Source: Scyliorhinus canicula | Taxonomy: Eukaryota | Length of the DNA stretch: 64,000 nucleotides | Assembly (NCBI RefSeq): GCF_902713615.1 | Contig: NC_052155.1 | Location: 77,448,269-77,512,268, forward strand | Reading direction: 5' to 3' | Part shown: positions 39,370-51,418 of the stretch, piece after piece | Numbering within the stretch: the stretch's first letter is position 1 | Layout: every line of letters starts with the position of its first letter | Made by a program: the position numbers and the translations under genes | Notes under the pieces: model-generated | Told to the model about the DNA's origin: nothing | Database searches by the model: none | Seen by the model: the letters and a program-made list of their open reading frames with translations, nothing else

Positions 39370-39498
39370 ATGAATGAATTGATCAGGGAACTATCAGTAT
39401 ATTTAGATATCAATCTGTTTGATACCAGGACAAGTTTTCTTTTTGCTTTAGGATGTGGTGCTGTCTACATCTATATTTATTTGTGCTCAATATCGAGG
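39370..39498 (+). CDS. ABHD3: ABHD3 first coding exon (N-terminal membrane-anchor segment)
   Basis: aagATG start; MNELIRELSVYLDINLFDTRTSFLFALGCGAVYIYIYLCSISR resembles the vertebrate ABHD3 N-terminus as I recall it (RELSLYL...hydrophobic...YYLSSIAK). Phase-0 donor AGG|gtaaga joins in frame to the exon at 49013. Confidence 0.8.
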
Positions 39499-40429
39499 GT
39501 AAGAAGATTTATCACCTGCTATTTAATAGGTTTTACGTAACACTTAAGTACTGTATTTTGTAATTTATTTCCTGATAGCGATTTCTGTTCTACATCTGTA
39601 CAATGGGTATTTAATATGTAACAACTGTTTATAAGAAGCGTTGAAAAGCTACAATTGTAATTTTGCACATTAGAAAGCATTTACTTCGATTATTTTTATT
39701 AGGATCTGATCTCTTATGAATATCATTTTATATTTTCAACATATTAACTAATGTTTTCTATGCTGTTTCGTGGTTAAATTAATACCTTCCATAATTTGTT
39801 AATTTACAGTTTGGTTTTGTATTAACTCCATTAAGATCCTGTAAGTTAGCTCACACTGGCCGTCTATAAAAGCATAGCCTTTGCTGAACCATAAAGAACG
39901 AAAAACTCCAGATTCAATGTCTAGTCCACGCTAACAAATTGAAGTTATTGCTGCATACTGCATTTTACTGTATTCATTGCATCATAGTTTTGCCTGAAAG
40001 GTGGATAATTATGATGCCATAATAGGATTGTAGCTGTGGAGATTAATTATGAGACCATAATGAATGGTGGACATATAAGATAGTTTTATCATATGATTGA
40101 GTGATGGACCACAGACAAATATCACGTATGATGTACATAAAGCAAGCAGTAAGACATGAGGCCAGGGATAATCAAAATCACAACATAGCTGAGATGCATA
40201 TCTTGGGGTACAATCTTGACTGCAATACCTTTTTTCAAAATAGTCTACAAACAAAATACAACTTGTATTGTTTTTGAAGGTAGAAGGAATCAAAAAGTGC
40301 CTCATTTTCATTAGAATGCCTGTGCCATGATTATGTTTTTTAATGTGGGGTTGAATTTTCAGGCCCCATAGGAACTGAGACAGATTGGGCCCAAAAATAT
40401 CAGCTTCAACATTAGTTTTCCTGACACCT

Positions 40430-40636
40430 TGTAATAAGCCCCTACACCAGAATTCCTTTTGTTAACAAAACCAACAGCAGTACAACCATATGAATTTAGT
40501 TTGCTGTCTACACTGGGAGTTCAGAGGATCTGACGCTCCCTGTTATATACAAAGAAGAGGTTCCCTGATTGGCCCACTAATCAGGGAACTCCTATTCCAA
40601 TTGGCCAATCTCAAAGGCCTGGTCTAAGTCATTACA
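40430..40636 (-). mobile_element. Solo LTR related to the 33453 Gypsy LTR
   Basis: tgtaat...attaca; TSD cacct/caccc; shared ttggccaattgga motif and hairpin. Confidence 0.8.
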
Positions 40637-41148
40637 CACCCCATTTTCAGCATCAGCCATTTTTGCAGAGGCAGGTTTGGGGTTGGCAGGGCTATCTGTC
40701 CACAAAAGGCAGACAGCCAATCAAGCTCTAAGGGCCTTGGTGAGTGCAATCAAAGGAGGTTGACTGAGATTTTCCGGAAGTGGGCAACCAGCCATAGGCA
40801 GTTAAAATGACATAACCGACAAATGATCTACATTTGAAATGTTAACTTGTCCTTTTTGTCACAGGTCCTGACTGACCTGTTGAATACCACTCTGCTGAAT
40901 ACCATTATGATATGGAATGGAAATCATAGACATATGAAAAAGATATCAATTAATTTGATTTGAAATCATAGCATGAAAAATTGTCCAGTCAAACATTCAT
41001 TCAATTATTCTTTATAAACCAAAATCTTCATATTATTCTACCAAATATATATGTGCTTTATGTTGGATTAATGGTAATTTACCATAATGGGATTAATTGA
41101 AATATTTTCCCAGTAGCTTTCAGAGGAATGATTTTAAAACAGTGAGTT

Positions 41149-41782
41149 TTTAAAAAAATATTTCTTTATTCTCCTCCTTTTTCACATTTTCTCCCAAATT
41201 TACACCCACCAAAAATAAACAATAATCAGGAACAAATATGTCAATCCCCATAACAATAACAACAATCCCATCCTCCCACCAAACCCCAAACATTCGTCCG
41301 CATGCTCACATAAACAAATGACGAAAAGGTTTCAGGAATCACCCATAGCTCCCATTAACACATATCGCACTCCCTCCACCCATCCCCCCCCAACTAATGT
41401 TCGATGTTATCCAGTTCTTGAAAGTGCATAATGAATAATGCCCATGAATTGTAGAACCCCTCTATCCTTCCCCTCAGTTGAAACTTAACCTTCTCAAGAG
41501 TCAAGAATTCCAACAGGTCCCCCCACCACGCCAGGGCACAGGGTGGAGAGGATGCTCTCCATCCCAATAGATCCACCTTCGGGCGATCAACAAGGCGAAG
41601 GCTACAACATCTGCCTCCGCACCCGTTTCCAACCCTGGCTGGTCCGACACCCCAAACATGGCCTCCCGGGGGCTCGGGTCCAGTTTCACACGCACCACTT
41701 TAGAAATTACCCTGAAAACCTCCTTCCAGTAATCCTCCAGATTTGGACAGGACTAAAACATACGAACGTGATTAGCGCCCCA

Positions 41783-41828
<46 letters not shown>

Positions 41829-42015
41829 CAATGTTCACACACATCTTCTACTCTTTCAAAGTATCGACCCATCCTTGCCCTCGTGAGGTGTGCTCTGTAT
41901 AGCATCTTCAGCTGTATCGGCCCCAACCTCTTGCACGATGTGGAGACATTCACTCTCCTACCTCACACCAGAACCTCTTCTCCATATCCTCTCCCAACTC
42001 TTCCTCCCACTTTGC
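41149..42015 (-). mobile_element. 5'-truncated L1
   Basis: ORF2 end (LKMLYRAHLT, LEKVKFQLRG); poly-T at left; duplication cagtgagtt. Confidence 0.85.
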
Positions 42016-42331
42016 TTTGAAGGCAGTGAGTTATATATTGTGAGACCGCAACTAGTGGCCAATAATTCATCTGAAGGAGAGAAAATCACCTCAAATCACT
42101 TAAGTACATAAATCCAATATAACAATATTGAAGATATGAAGCTCCATGGGTTGGCTTATTCCATTTTAATCCCGTTCCGCCATGTCAATGCTATATGTGC
42201 AGTCGATGTGCGATGATATACACATTTTACCACATTATTGAATTTTTTAGTACCATATGTTTGCCAGGTGATGCTTAATATTTGATTACTATGAAATAAC
42301 ACAATCAGCAACCTGTATTATTGGAGATTTC

Positions 42332-42856
42332 TTTTTTTTAAACAAACAATTTTAATGAGGTATTTTTGGCATTACAAACAACAACAATAAAAACAATGTA
42401 CAAAGAACAATAAACATAGTGCAAACACTGACTCCCATCCCTCCAAGACCTGCCTATTTAACCCCCTACTCTACACTACTCTAGCCCCCACCCCCCCGCT
42501 GATGGATTAATTCTCCGTGAAGAAGTTGATGAATGGTTGCCACCTCCAGGCGAACCCTAACACTGACCCTCTCTAGGTGAAATTAATCTTCTCTAGGCCG
42601 AGAAAGCTTGCCATGTCAGTTAACCTGGTCTCCAACTTTGGGGGCTTTGAGTCCCTCCAAGCTAATAATATCCGTCTCCGGGCTACCAGGGAGGCAAAGG
42701 CCAGAACATCTGCCTCTTTCTCCTCCTGGATTCCCGGATCTTCCGACACCCAAAAAATCGCCACCTCTGGACTCATTGCCACCCTTGTTTTTAATACTCT
42801 GGACATGGCGTCAGCAAACCCCTGCCAATATCCCCTAAGTTTTTGACACGCCCAGA
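42332..42856 (-). mobile_element. 5'-truncated L1
   Basis: VLAFASLVARRRILLAW; 15-bp TSD attattg(g/a)agatttc. Confidence 0.88.
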
Positions 42857-42885
42857 ATTATTGAAGATTTCGTCTCACACCTATA

Positions 42886-43234
42886 GGGTGAGATTCTCTG
42901 GCCTCCCCGCAACAGGGAGATGGCCCACCATTAGCCGGTAATGGGAACTTCTGTTTCCACGGCTGTCAGCAGGATTTCCCATTGAATCTATCCCACGTTT
43001 CCAGGAAACCCACGGCCGTCAGGTGGAGCAGAGGATCCCGCTGGTGTGAACAGCCAAAAGATCTCGCTGCAGGCAGGATCTTCCCGGTCCCACCAGCAAT
43101 TTACCCCTCCCATGGGTTTCCTGGTGGCCTGGAGTGGATTCAATGGGAAATCCCATTTACAGCGGTGGGGAAGAGGATCCCACTGCCTCTCACTGCAAAG
43201 AAACACACCACGGGGAGGCAATAAAATCTCGCCC
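42886..43234. mobile_element. MITE with internal duplicated unit
   Basis: TIRs gggtgagattct / aaaatctcgccc. Confidence 0.6.
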
Positions 43235-43969
43235 AGACTCTAAACTTTCACTTTTGCCATTATTTTCATGACTTTATCATATTACTCCTTCTGTGATCAT
43301 CATACATATCAATGTTTGAATTAACATTAGCCACAATCACAGATAGACATAAAGGCAGAGTACGTTCTTTCACCTTCAGCCCTCTGGGTCACTTCTTCCT
43401 TACGTTGTAGCCGATATGTCATTGAAAGCTGCAGCACACCAGAGAAGCAGCGGTTGCACCAGAAAAAAATTGAGGCGAACTTAACTAACCATGACATAGG
43501 ATTTTTAATGCTAACATTTGCTGGACAGTACACTCCTGTTCTATTTCCTCTCGAAATGCACCACCTATTAAGGAGATGGTTGGGCTGGTAGAAAGAAAGG
43601 GGAGAGGGGATGGTGGTAGCAACAGCAGTGTGACATTTGGAAGGACTGCAGTAGACAGCATTCTAAATGAATGAAATAAATATGTAGACAAAGAGACTGA
43701 GTTTGAACCCCTTATCTGCTATCGATAAAATGTCTTTCTCTCCGGAATCTATTATCTACTGCACCTGGGAGAAATAAATGCAAAGCAATGTTTAAATGCT
43801 CCCCATCATCACTACTGTCCCGAGTCGGGCGCAAAGAGGCTGTCGAAACGGGCCGTACATTTTAAATTTGGGAATTCACTGTGCTGATCTGTTTCCAGTT
43901 TGAAAAGCAAAACTGTGGTGGTTGTCTATTCCTTTTTGGTAGAATTCGGCATTTTGGAACTTGGCCACT

Positions 43970-44145
43970 TGTGGTAATCACCACTGTTGTGTATACTGTA
44001 TACGAGGGTATTAAGGTAAGGCCCCTGTACTACAGGTACGGGGGTAGATCCCTGCCTGCTGGCTCCGCCCAGTAGGCGGAGTATAAATGTGTGGGCTTTC
44101 CGAGCTGCAGCCACTTCAGCAGCAGCTGCGGGAGGCTCCACATCT
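43970..44145 (+). mobile_element. 3'-truncated LTR (family of 25647-25875)
   Basis: Shared taaggta...cctgtactacaggt...ctccgccca...gtataaat. Confidence 0.75.
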
Positions 44146-44268
44146 AGAACATAGAACATAGAACAGTACAGCACAGAACAGGCCCTTCGGCCCTCAATGT
44201 TGTGCCGAGCCATGATCACCCTACTCAAACCCACGTATCCACCCTATACCCATAACACAACAACCCCC
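44146..44268 (-). mobile_element. HE1-like SINE 3' tail fragment
   Basis: agaacatagaacatagaacagtacagcacag, near-identical to the tail of the 9277 copy. Confidence 0.85.
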
Positions 44269-47200
44269 TTTTGTTGGTGGTGTAGCCCCTAGCTAACACT
44301 CTCTCTCCCTGATTGAATACTTGCTTTTTAGAGTTTTCCTCCCTCTTAGCAATTTGTGTTTGTCCTTGTTGTTTGACAATGTCTGAAGTATCAGGTTGAG
44401 CTAACAAATCGAACTGTCTGTAGTTTCCTTTTGAACAACATAATTTCAGGTGAACTCTTGAGTGTAGCATGTACAGTGTTCCTGTAAGATATTAAGAATT
44501 TGTTCACTCTTCTAGCCAATGTACCCTGTTTTTTCGATACTTTGATGGAATGCTTTAATAATTGCACAAAATGCTCGGTCCATCTATTCATTACAGGATG
44601 AAACGGAGTTGACTTCAAATAGTGTAAACGTTTCCCTCCAAGCAGTCCTCAAACTCCTTCAAAGTAAACTGAGTATCATTATCACTAATAATCTGCTCCA
44701 GTGTTCCAAATCTTGCACATATTTCATCCAGTTTCTCAATGGTCTGCTCAGTCTTTGTTGACTTCATTATCGTGACTTCTGGCCATTTAGAGTACATCCA
44801 CAATCACTAAGAACATGTGTCCCTGCGGTGGGCTAGTATAATCAATCTGTATTCTCTGCCGTGGCAGTGTCAGCCATTGCCACGGATGTAAGGGTGGCGT
44901 GTTCCTCAGTTTTGCACAGGATTGACATTGCCAAACTTTCTCTTCAATTTGAGCATCTAATCCTGGCCAACAAAAATAACTGTGTGCCAGTTCTTCCATT
45001 CTTACCATACCAGGATGCCCCTCATGCAATGTCAACTTCTGTCTTAGGTTGATGTAGGGCTTGAGGTCTGGATTTTTCCTATGAATGTTTGACAGCATTC
45101 CTTTTTGGACCTTATCTTATCCATCACCTTCCTCATTACTGGATTGGTTCTTGTATATCTGAACTGGAGGAGAAGTCACTGGTACACTATCCACGAGAGA
45201 AAAATACAGGATATTGACAAAATGTTCTTCAGGTTCTTGCTTGACTTGTAACTGCAATTGTGACAAAGCAGCAGTATTTGCATGCTGCTCTGATTGCGAT
45301 ATTGGATATTGTAAGTGTGTGACAACAATATCAATGATCATCTTTGTAATCTGCTAGCCGCCAAAGAAGCTATACCAGTATATGGCCCAAGGATTGTGGT
45401 TGAGGGTTGATGATCCGTTAAAAGTGTGAAATGACGCCCATAAAAGTAATGGTGGAACCTTCTTGCACTGAAAATGATGCTCAAAGCCTCTTTTTTTCTA
45501 GCTGAGCCTAATTCATTTCAGTGTTAGAAGAGTTTGTGAAGCAAATGCTATCAGTTGTTCCTCTCCTGAAGGCATAATGTGCGGGAAAACTGCACCAACC
45601 CAATAGGGCGAGGCATCGCAAGCAAGTTGCAACTTCAGCTAGCGATTGTAAAGAGCCAACATCTCTGACTTATGTAAGGTTCTTTTACCTCAGTGCATCA
45701 TTTTCTACATTCTTCTAACTGATGCCATGCCTGTTTGGCACATAGCAAAGTGTGTAAAGGCTTCAATCGTGTTGCTAAATTGGGCACAAATTGACTATAA
45801 TAATTGATCAATCCTAAAGACGGCCTTAATTATGTCACATTTTGAGGACGTGGTGATTCTAAGATTGCTGACATTTTCTTCGGCCCCTGGTGTAAGCCAT
45901 CTTTGTCGTAGGCAATTTATGGATAGATTGAAAAAGTTGCACTTGGTGTGGTTCTGTAAACTTTTCAGGGTAGTTTCCAAATCCTCCAAGTGCTCCCATT
46001 CACTCGAACAGGTGATGAGTAGGTCACCTGAATAACATTGCACTTCATTTAAACTAATTAGAATTTGATCCAGGGACTTTTGTAAAAGAGCAGGAGCAGA
46101 TGTTATTCAAAAATAAGTCTTCTGTAACGAAGCAGACCTTTGGGCGTCACTGTGTTGAGAAGAGGCTGTTATTTGGCAGCCACATTCATCTGCAGCTATG
46201 CCTGTGAAAGATCAATTTGACTGAATTTCTGCCCTCCAGAAAGCTCAGCCAACAAGTCCTCAATCAGCAGTAGTGCATAATGATCTGCGCACAACACTGG
46301 GTTAATAGTGGTTTTAAAATCTCACACAAATTCTCACTGAGCCATCACATTTCAATACAGAACTATTGGTGTTGCCCAATCACTATAGCAACAGGTTCAA
46401 TAACTCCTGTTCTTATTAGTCTTTCGTTTTTCTTCAACTTTAGGCCTGATGGCATCTGGTATGTCTCTAGCTTTGAGACATTGGGGTGTTGTGTCTGGCT
46501 TGATTTTTAGGTGTATCTCAACTCCAGTCATAGAACCTAGTGAATCTTCGAGTACCTTCTCGTACTTCAGAAGTTGTTGCAAGTTGTTCTTTGAATCCAT
46601 GAATTGATTTACTGCTTACCAGTTAAGCCTAATCTTTGCCAACCAAGCTCTGTCAAATAGAGCACGATAATATCCATGGACAACGTGAAGAGGCAACTTC
46701 ATTGTCTGCCCATTTGCTTCTACTTTCACCATAATCTGTGTCCTTTGGATCACATTTGATGGTTGTAAAGGGAGATGCTTCAGCTTTAGATGATAAATAG
46801 TCTCAGGTACAATAGGGAGTTCCAGGGAGAGGAGCTTTCCACTGTACAAGAGGGGGCTATGTGCGGCCTCGTCCTCGCGTTCCCCGTTCTGGCACCTTAT
46901 TCAACGCAATGTGTTTCTCGACACTCCCGAGTGCCGGGAATCATGTGGCTAAACACGCTTGCTAGAGCACTTTGTTCCCTTTTGGGAAAATCGCGTCCAA
47001 TATTCTTTTTCTTACATATTCTTTGTGCAGGAGATATTTTATAAGCCTAACATGCCTTGGCAATATGGCCCTTCTCGACACAGTTCTTGCTTGTACACAT
47101 TTACTCCAGCATTCCCCTGTTATACATCAGTGACATGGTTTCTGCTCCTTGCTCCTTGTGGTAACCATTTTGTGGATCTTCACTTCGGCCCCCATCTGTG

Positions 47201-47690
47201 AAGCTTGTTTTGCTGCTAGCTCTATAGATGTGGCAAATTCCACAGCAGCTTCTTAAGTTAAATAATTTACAGGAAGAAGTTTCCTCTGAGTAGCTTCGCT
47301 GCAGAGTCCACTACCAGCCTATCATGAAGAGTATCATGTCTTGCACCAAATTCACAATATTCTGCCAACCTTCTTAAAGTCACTACAAATTGTAAACTGC
47401 TTTCATCTTTTTCCTGACTACGTGGTGGAAATTAAACCTTTCTACAATCAATTAACGGTCTCGGAGATTTTCATTAATTCAATGTATGACTTATCTCCTG
47501 GTTTTTACTGGGTGAACTAAATTTTGTGGCAGCATAAAAGTTTTGCGCCCAACTAAACTGAGAAATGTTGTGACCTTTAGATCCTCTGGTGTCTGATTTG
47601 TTAGGAAATAAAATTGGAAACTTTCCTCATAAGAGTTCCATGCCTCAGTCTTCATCAAATGCATCCATGGTGCCCGTTTTTCTTGCCATT
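44269..47690 (-). mobile_element. Decayed Gypsy (Mag/K02A2.6-like) internal region without LTRs, antisense in ABHD3 intron 1
   Basis: Gag start MARKTGTMDAFDE near 47688, CCHC relics, RT, RNase H (CDAS), IN (LHEGHPGMVRM, ISDN). Confidence 0.85.
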
Positions 47691-49012
47691 TCATATCCTG
47701 GCTCCTTGGGTTTACCTTCAAACAACTTCTTCCCTTCCAATTTTTATTGAAAGTATGCACAATGGATCCCCTTTATTATAAGCAACTCAAATTTTTTTCC
47801 ATTTCGACTTTTTCCTCCCCAAGTAGTGGCCCATGGAGAGTCGGCAGATTTTGAAATCTCCGTTCTCCCGCAGCCCATTTAGTTTCGCCACATGCGCGGT
47901 CCCTGAAACTCAGATACTACTCACTCTAATGGCAAGCAAGTTTCCCCTGACTGTTCTTCCCTCTACTGACGTCACTACACATCAAGAGGCGCTTTACCAG
48001 CAGGATACATTTATTCCCTGATTCATAATAGGGAAGGGCAAATACAAACCACTCCCATTTGCTTAAGTTTCTGGGGAATTTTAATCGCTGCCCTCTTTTC
48101 GGTAGACCTGGCCACTTCCTAACTATTGCACGTTGAAAAGTGAAGGTGCACTTAAAATTAAAATTCCTATTTTTCTAACTCTGTGGCATTCCCATTTCCA
48201 TAATTTCAAGAGAACTGTTTTTCATTTCAAAACAAGCTTGTCCATAATTATACTGAAACTAGTTTCAAGTTCATGACGATTTACTCTGGATTCTAATGCA
48301 AGCCCAGCCATTTCATTGAGCTATGATTCACTGAACCTCCACTTTCTCACAATAATCCCCTCACCTTGATCTTCCCTCAGACGGTTCCCTATCTTTCTAC
48401 ATGAAACCATAACCCTTCCCTTAAGCCTTTTAAACAACAGACAATTTTTGGATCACTCTCATTTGTCAAAATCCCACAGCAATGCACTTCAGTACATCAA
48501 TCATACTTCTACTCTCAAATGTGCTTTTAATTTAAATTCTCCCATTTTCCTGACCCCACATCCTCAAACTCGCTGTACAAGGTGCCAGTGCTGCAGCTTA
48601 TTGAAGCTCATTAACTCTTCACAGCTCCACCACGTAATGGCCCACACATTGTAATCCAGCAGTATTTTATAAATCAGGATTGCAGAAATTAGCCTTAAAA
48701 CGTCAACAATGAAATACACCAGCCTTAATTTATATATTTTTTTAAATCAGTAAAACAGGTTGGGTTTTCTACATAAAACTCCGTAGTCACAAAGTGAGGA
48801 TATCGTATGCAGCAATACAGAGGCAAATATAAAATAAAAGCAGAAAGTGCTAGAAGCTCAACTCTGCGGAAACTGGAAATGTAATCATTTTTTTCTTCCA
48901 TAGTTTTATTTTTATTGTAGATCTCTAGTAGCTGCCAGCTGTTGTGCTTTTAACTTCAGTAAATGTCATAAATTTGCTGTCACGCTATAACTGTGAGCTT
49001 GATTTATTGCAG

Positions 49013-49176
49013 AAGCCACAGCTTATCACAGGAGCAACAAGACTATCTCAGTTTCTACAGAGGTATTGTCCTGTGGTAACAGAGACTTATTATCCGACCT
49101 TTTGGTGCTGGGAAGCAAGAGTCCAGACACTGCTCAGGCCATTCATCACAACAAAACCTTATGTGGAATACAGAAA
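49013..49176 (+). CDS. ABHD3: ABHD3 coding exon 2 (164 bp)
   Basis: Acceptor ttattgcag|; KPQLITGATRLSQFLQRYCPVVTETYYPTFWCWEARVQTLLRPFITTKPYVEYR; donor AA|gtacgc, phase 2. Confidence 0.93.
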
Positions 49177-49636
49177 GTACGCGTGACATTTTTTTCTGTT
49201 TATTGTACTGTTAGCATTGTCCAGAATTGATGCTTATTCAGATATCAAAACTATATTCTTTCACATAGGAAATTACTCATTATTTTTCAGTTGGATATAA
49301 TTCAGATTTCAATATACATTCAAATCACTGGGTTTCTGGAAATAAACATTAGAACCAAAATATTCAAACACAGGAACTCTGATTCATCCATTAAAATGTT
49401 CTGCTTTTTCATTGTACAACACATGAAACAGTTATATTCTAATTTGCATTTTAGTCAACAATTTTTTAGAAAATATTGTATTGAGGCATTTATAATTTTA
49501 ACATTTTAAACAACAGAGAGATCCAACATCCGCAAAAAAAAAAAACACCCTACTCCCCCAGCCCTAATATTTTAGTCAACTTTTACAGTTTCAGTGATTT
49601 TAAAATTTTCTTTTGGATTCAACTGTTGAATACATT

Positions 49637-50920
49637 GGGGGCTATTTTCTGTCTGCGTTGCACTCGGTGCTATGTTGGTAGAATTCCGAAAGAGGCCTGA
49701 AATGAGATTTGCGGCGGGCGTAAAACAGTTCTCGATGCCCTGAGGCCTGCCCAGCACAGATAATCAGGTTCACGCAATCAAAGTATGAGCCTGATAACCG
49801 TTAATTTGAATATATTTCAATATTCAAAATCGGTTTAGCGCCAAATATTCTGGGAACATGCTGGACCAGATTCTCCAATTCGGAATCTAAGTAGGGAGGA
49901 TCTCTGGCGTTTTACGTGGAAAAAAAAAAGTTGGCGGCGCCCCCGCTCCAATAGCCGCCGAACCGCGTAAAACTCCCGGTCTCCACAAAATAAACGGCGG
50001 AAGAATGGCTGGGTCCATGGCCACGCATGCGCACGGCGACGACCTGCAGTGGTCACACCATAAAACATGGTGCCAGCCATGCGCGGACCCTGCCAGATAG
50101 TACCCACCTGGCCACCCCCTCACCAGTCCCCCCAGCCCTTGCAGAAACCCTCCAGCTCCCTCCCAACTATGGCGCCGCTGGACGGGTTCCCGCTCGGCTG
50201 AGACCACAAGTGAATGGTACCATCAGGAACTCGGCCCATCAGGGGTGGGGCACGGGCGACGGCCTGCAGGTGACCTGCTGAGGCCATCCCAATGGCATGA
50301 GGTGATACCGTTCAGAGGGTGCGAAGCATATAAAACCTAGGTCAAACAGGCACCGACCCCGATTTTGGCGTCAAAAGGTATTCTCCACCCAATCGCCGAT
50401 TACAAAATCAGCGTCGGGGAACGGAGAATCCCGCCCCCCAATTTTTCCATCGGTTGGGATGACGTGACACCGACGGAAATTATTACTGTTCTCCACAAAC
50501 GGAGACCAGATATGATGACCACACGGGAGGGTGCTCGGAGGTCATTGTAGCTCCTGGGTGCTAGGGGATTGGCAGGGCAGTGCCATAGCACAATGGCAGT
50601 GCCAACACTGCCTGGTTGACACTACCAAGGCAGAGCCTGAGGGGGTGGAGCATATAGTACGACCCATTGGGAGGGCCCGGTGCCAGTGATCTATGTTTTT
50701 GGGGAGGGAACATGCCATTAGTGAGGGGGGTCCCCCATGTCCATTGGGGGAGGTGGGGGGGGGGGGTTAATATCACATCGATCTCTGTGAATGACGGCAC
50801 AATACACGCCTCCCTTGAGAAAAAAAATGGAAAAGTGTCAAAAGATCTCATCGGGAAACCTGCTTGCGCCGGTTTTCTGACTGAACCCAACATTTGTCAT
50901 TTTTTGGAAAAATTCCGCCC
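49637..50920. mobile_element. MITE with a nested GC-rich MITE (~49863-50436)
   Basis: Outer TIRs ggggctatttt / aaaattccgccc with att TSD; inner ggaccagattctcc / ggagaatcccgccc. Confidence 0.6.
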
Positions 50921-51235
50921 ATTATTAAATGTGGGGTGCGTAGAAACAATTTGTAAAATTAGCTTTTTTTTTAAATCTAGTTTTACGAAATCCTGATCTG
51001 ACCTGAGCAAAATCCGAGTCTAAAAGCATTGAATCTGTTGGCAAGCTGGTTGTTCATTCAACTGCATTATCTGCTCAGAACAGTAATAATAATCCAAATA
51101 ATGGATTATGTTTTTACAGTGTCCAGAAATTAATGATTACATAAATTGATAATATCAAAAAAATGAGATTGCTGTGTAAAAGTGTGTTTCAAGAATTAAT
51201 CCATTTTCATTTTGTTTATTGTTTCTGCATTCTAG

Positions 51236-51418
51236 TGAGCTCATTAAAACAGCAGATGGTGGCCATATTTCCTTGGATTGGAGTGATAGCGATGACAATG
51301 CACTATATCCTATTTCTACGACAAGACCGACTGTCCTTATCTTACCTGGACTTACAGGAACGAGTAAGGAATCATATATACTGCACATGGTTAAACAGAG
51401 TGAAATACTTGGATACAG
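51236..51418 (+). CDS. ABHD3: ABHD3 coding exon 3 (183 bp)
   Basis: Acceptor ctgcattctag|; (N)ELIKTADGGHISLDW...RPTVLILPGLTGTSKESYILHMVKQSEILGY(R), the ABHD1/2/3-family motif. Ends at AG|gcaaga (GC donor), in phase with the next exon. Confidence 0.93.

Noticed and set aside
47860-47990. CRE (tgacgtca) and CpG-containing patch as an intronic promoter
   Set aside because: Single short motifs are expected by chance and there is no other support.
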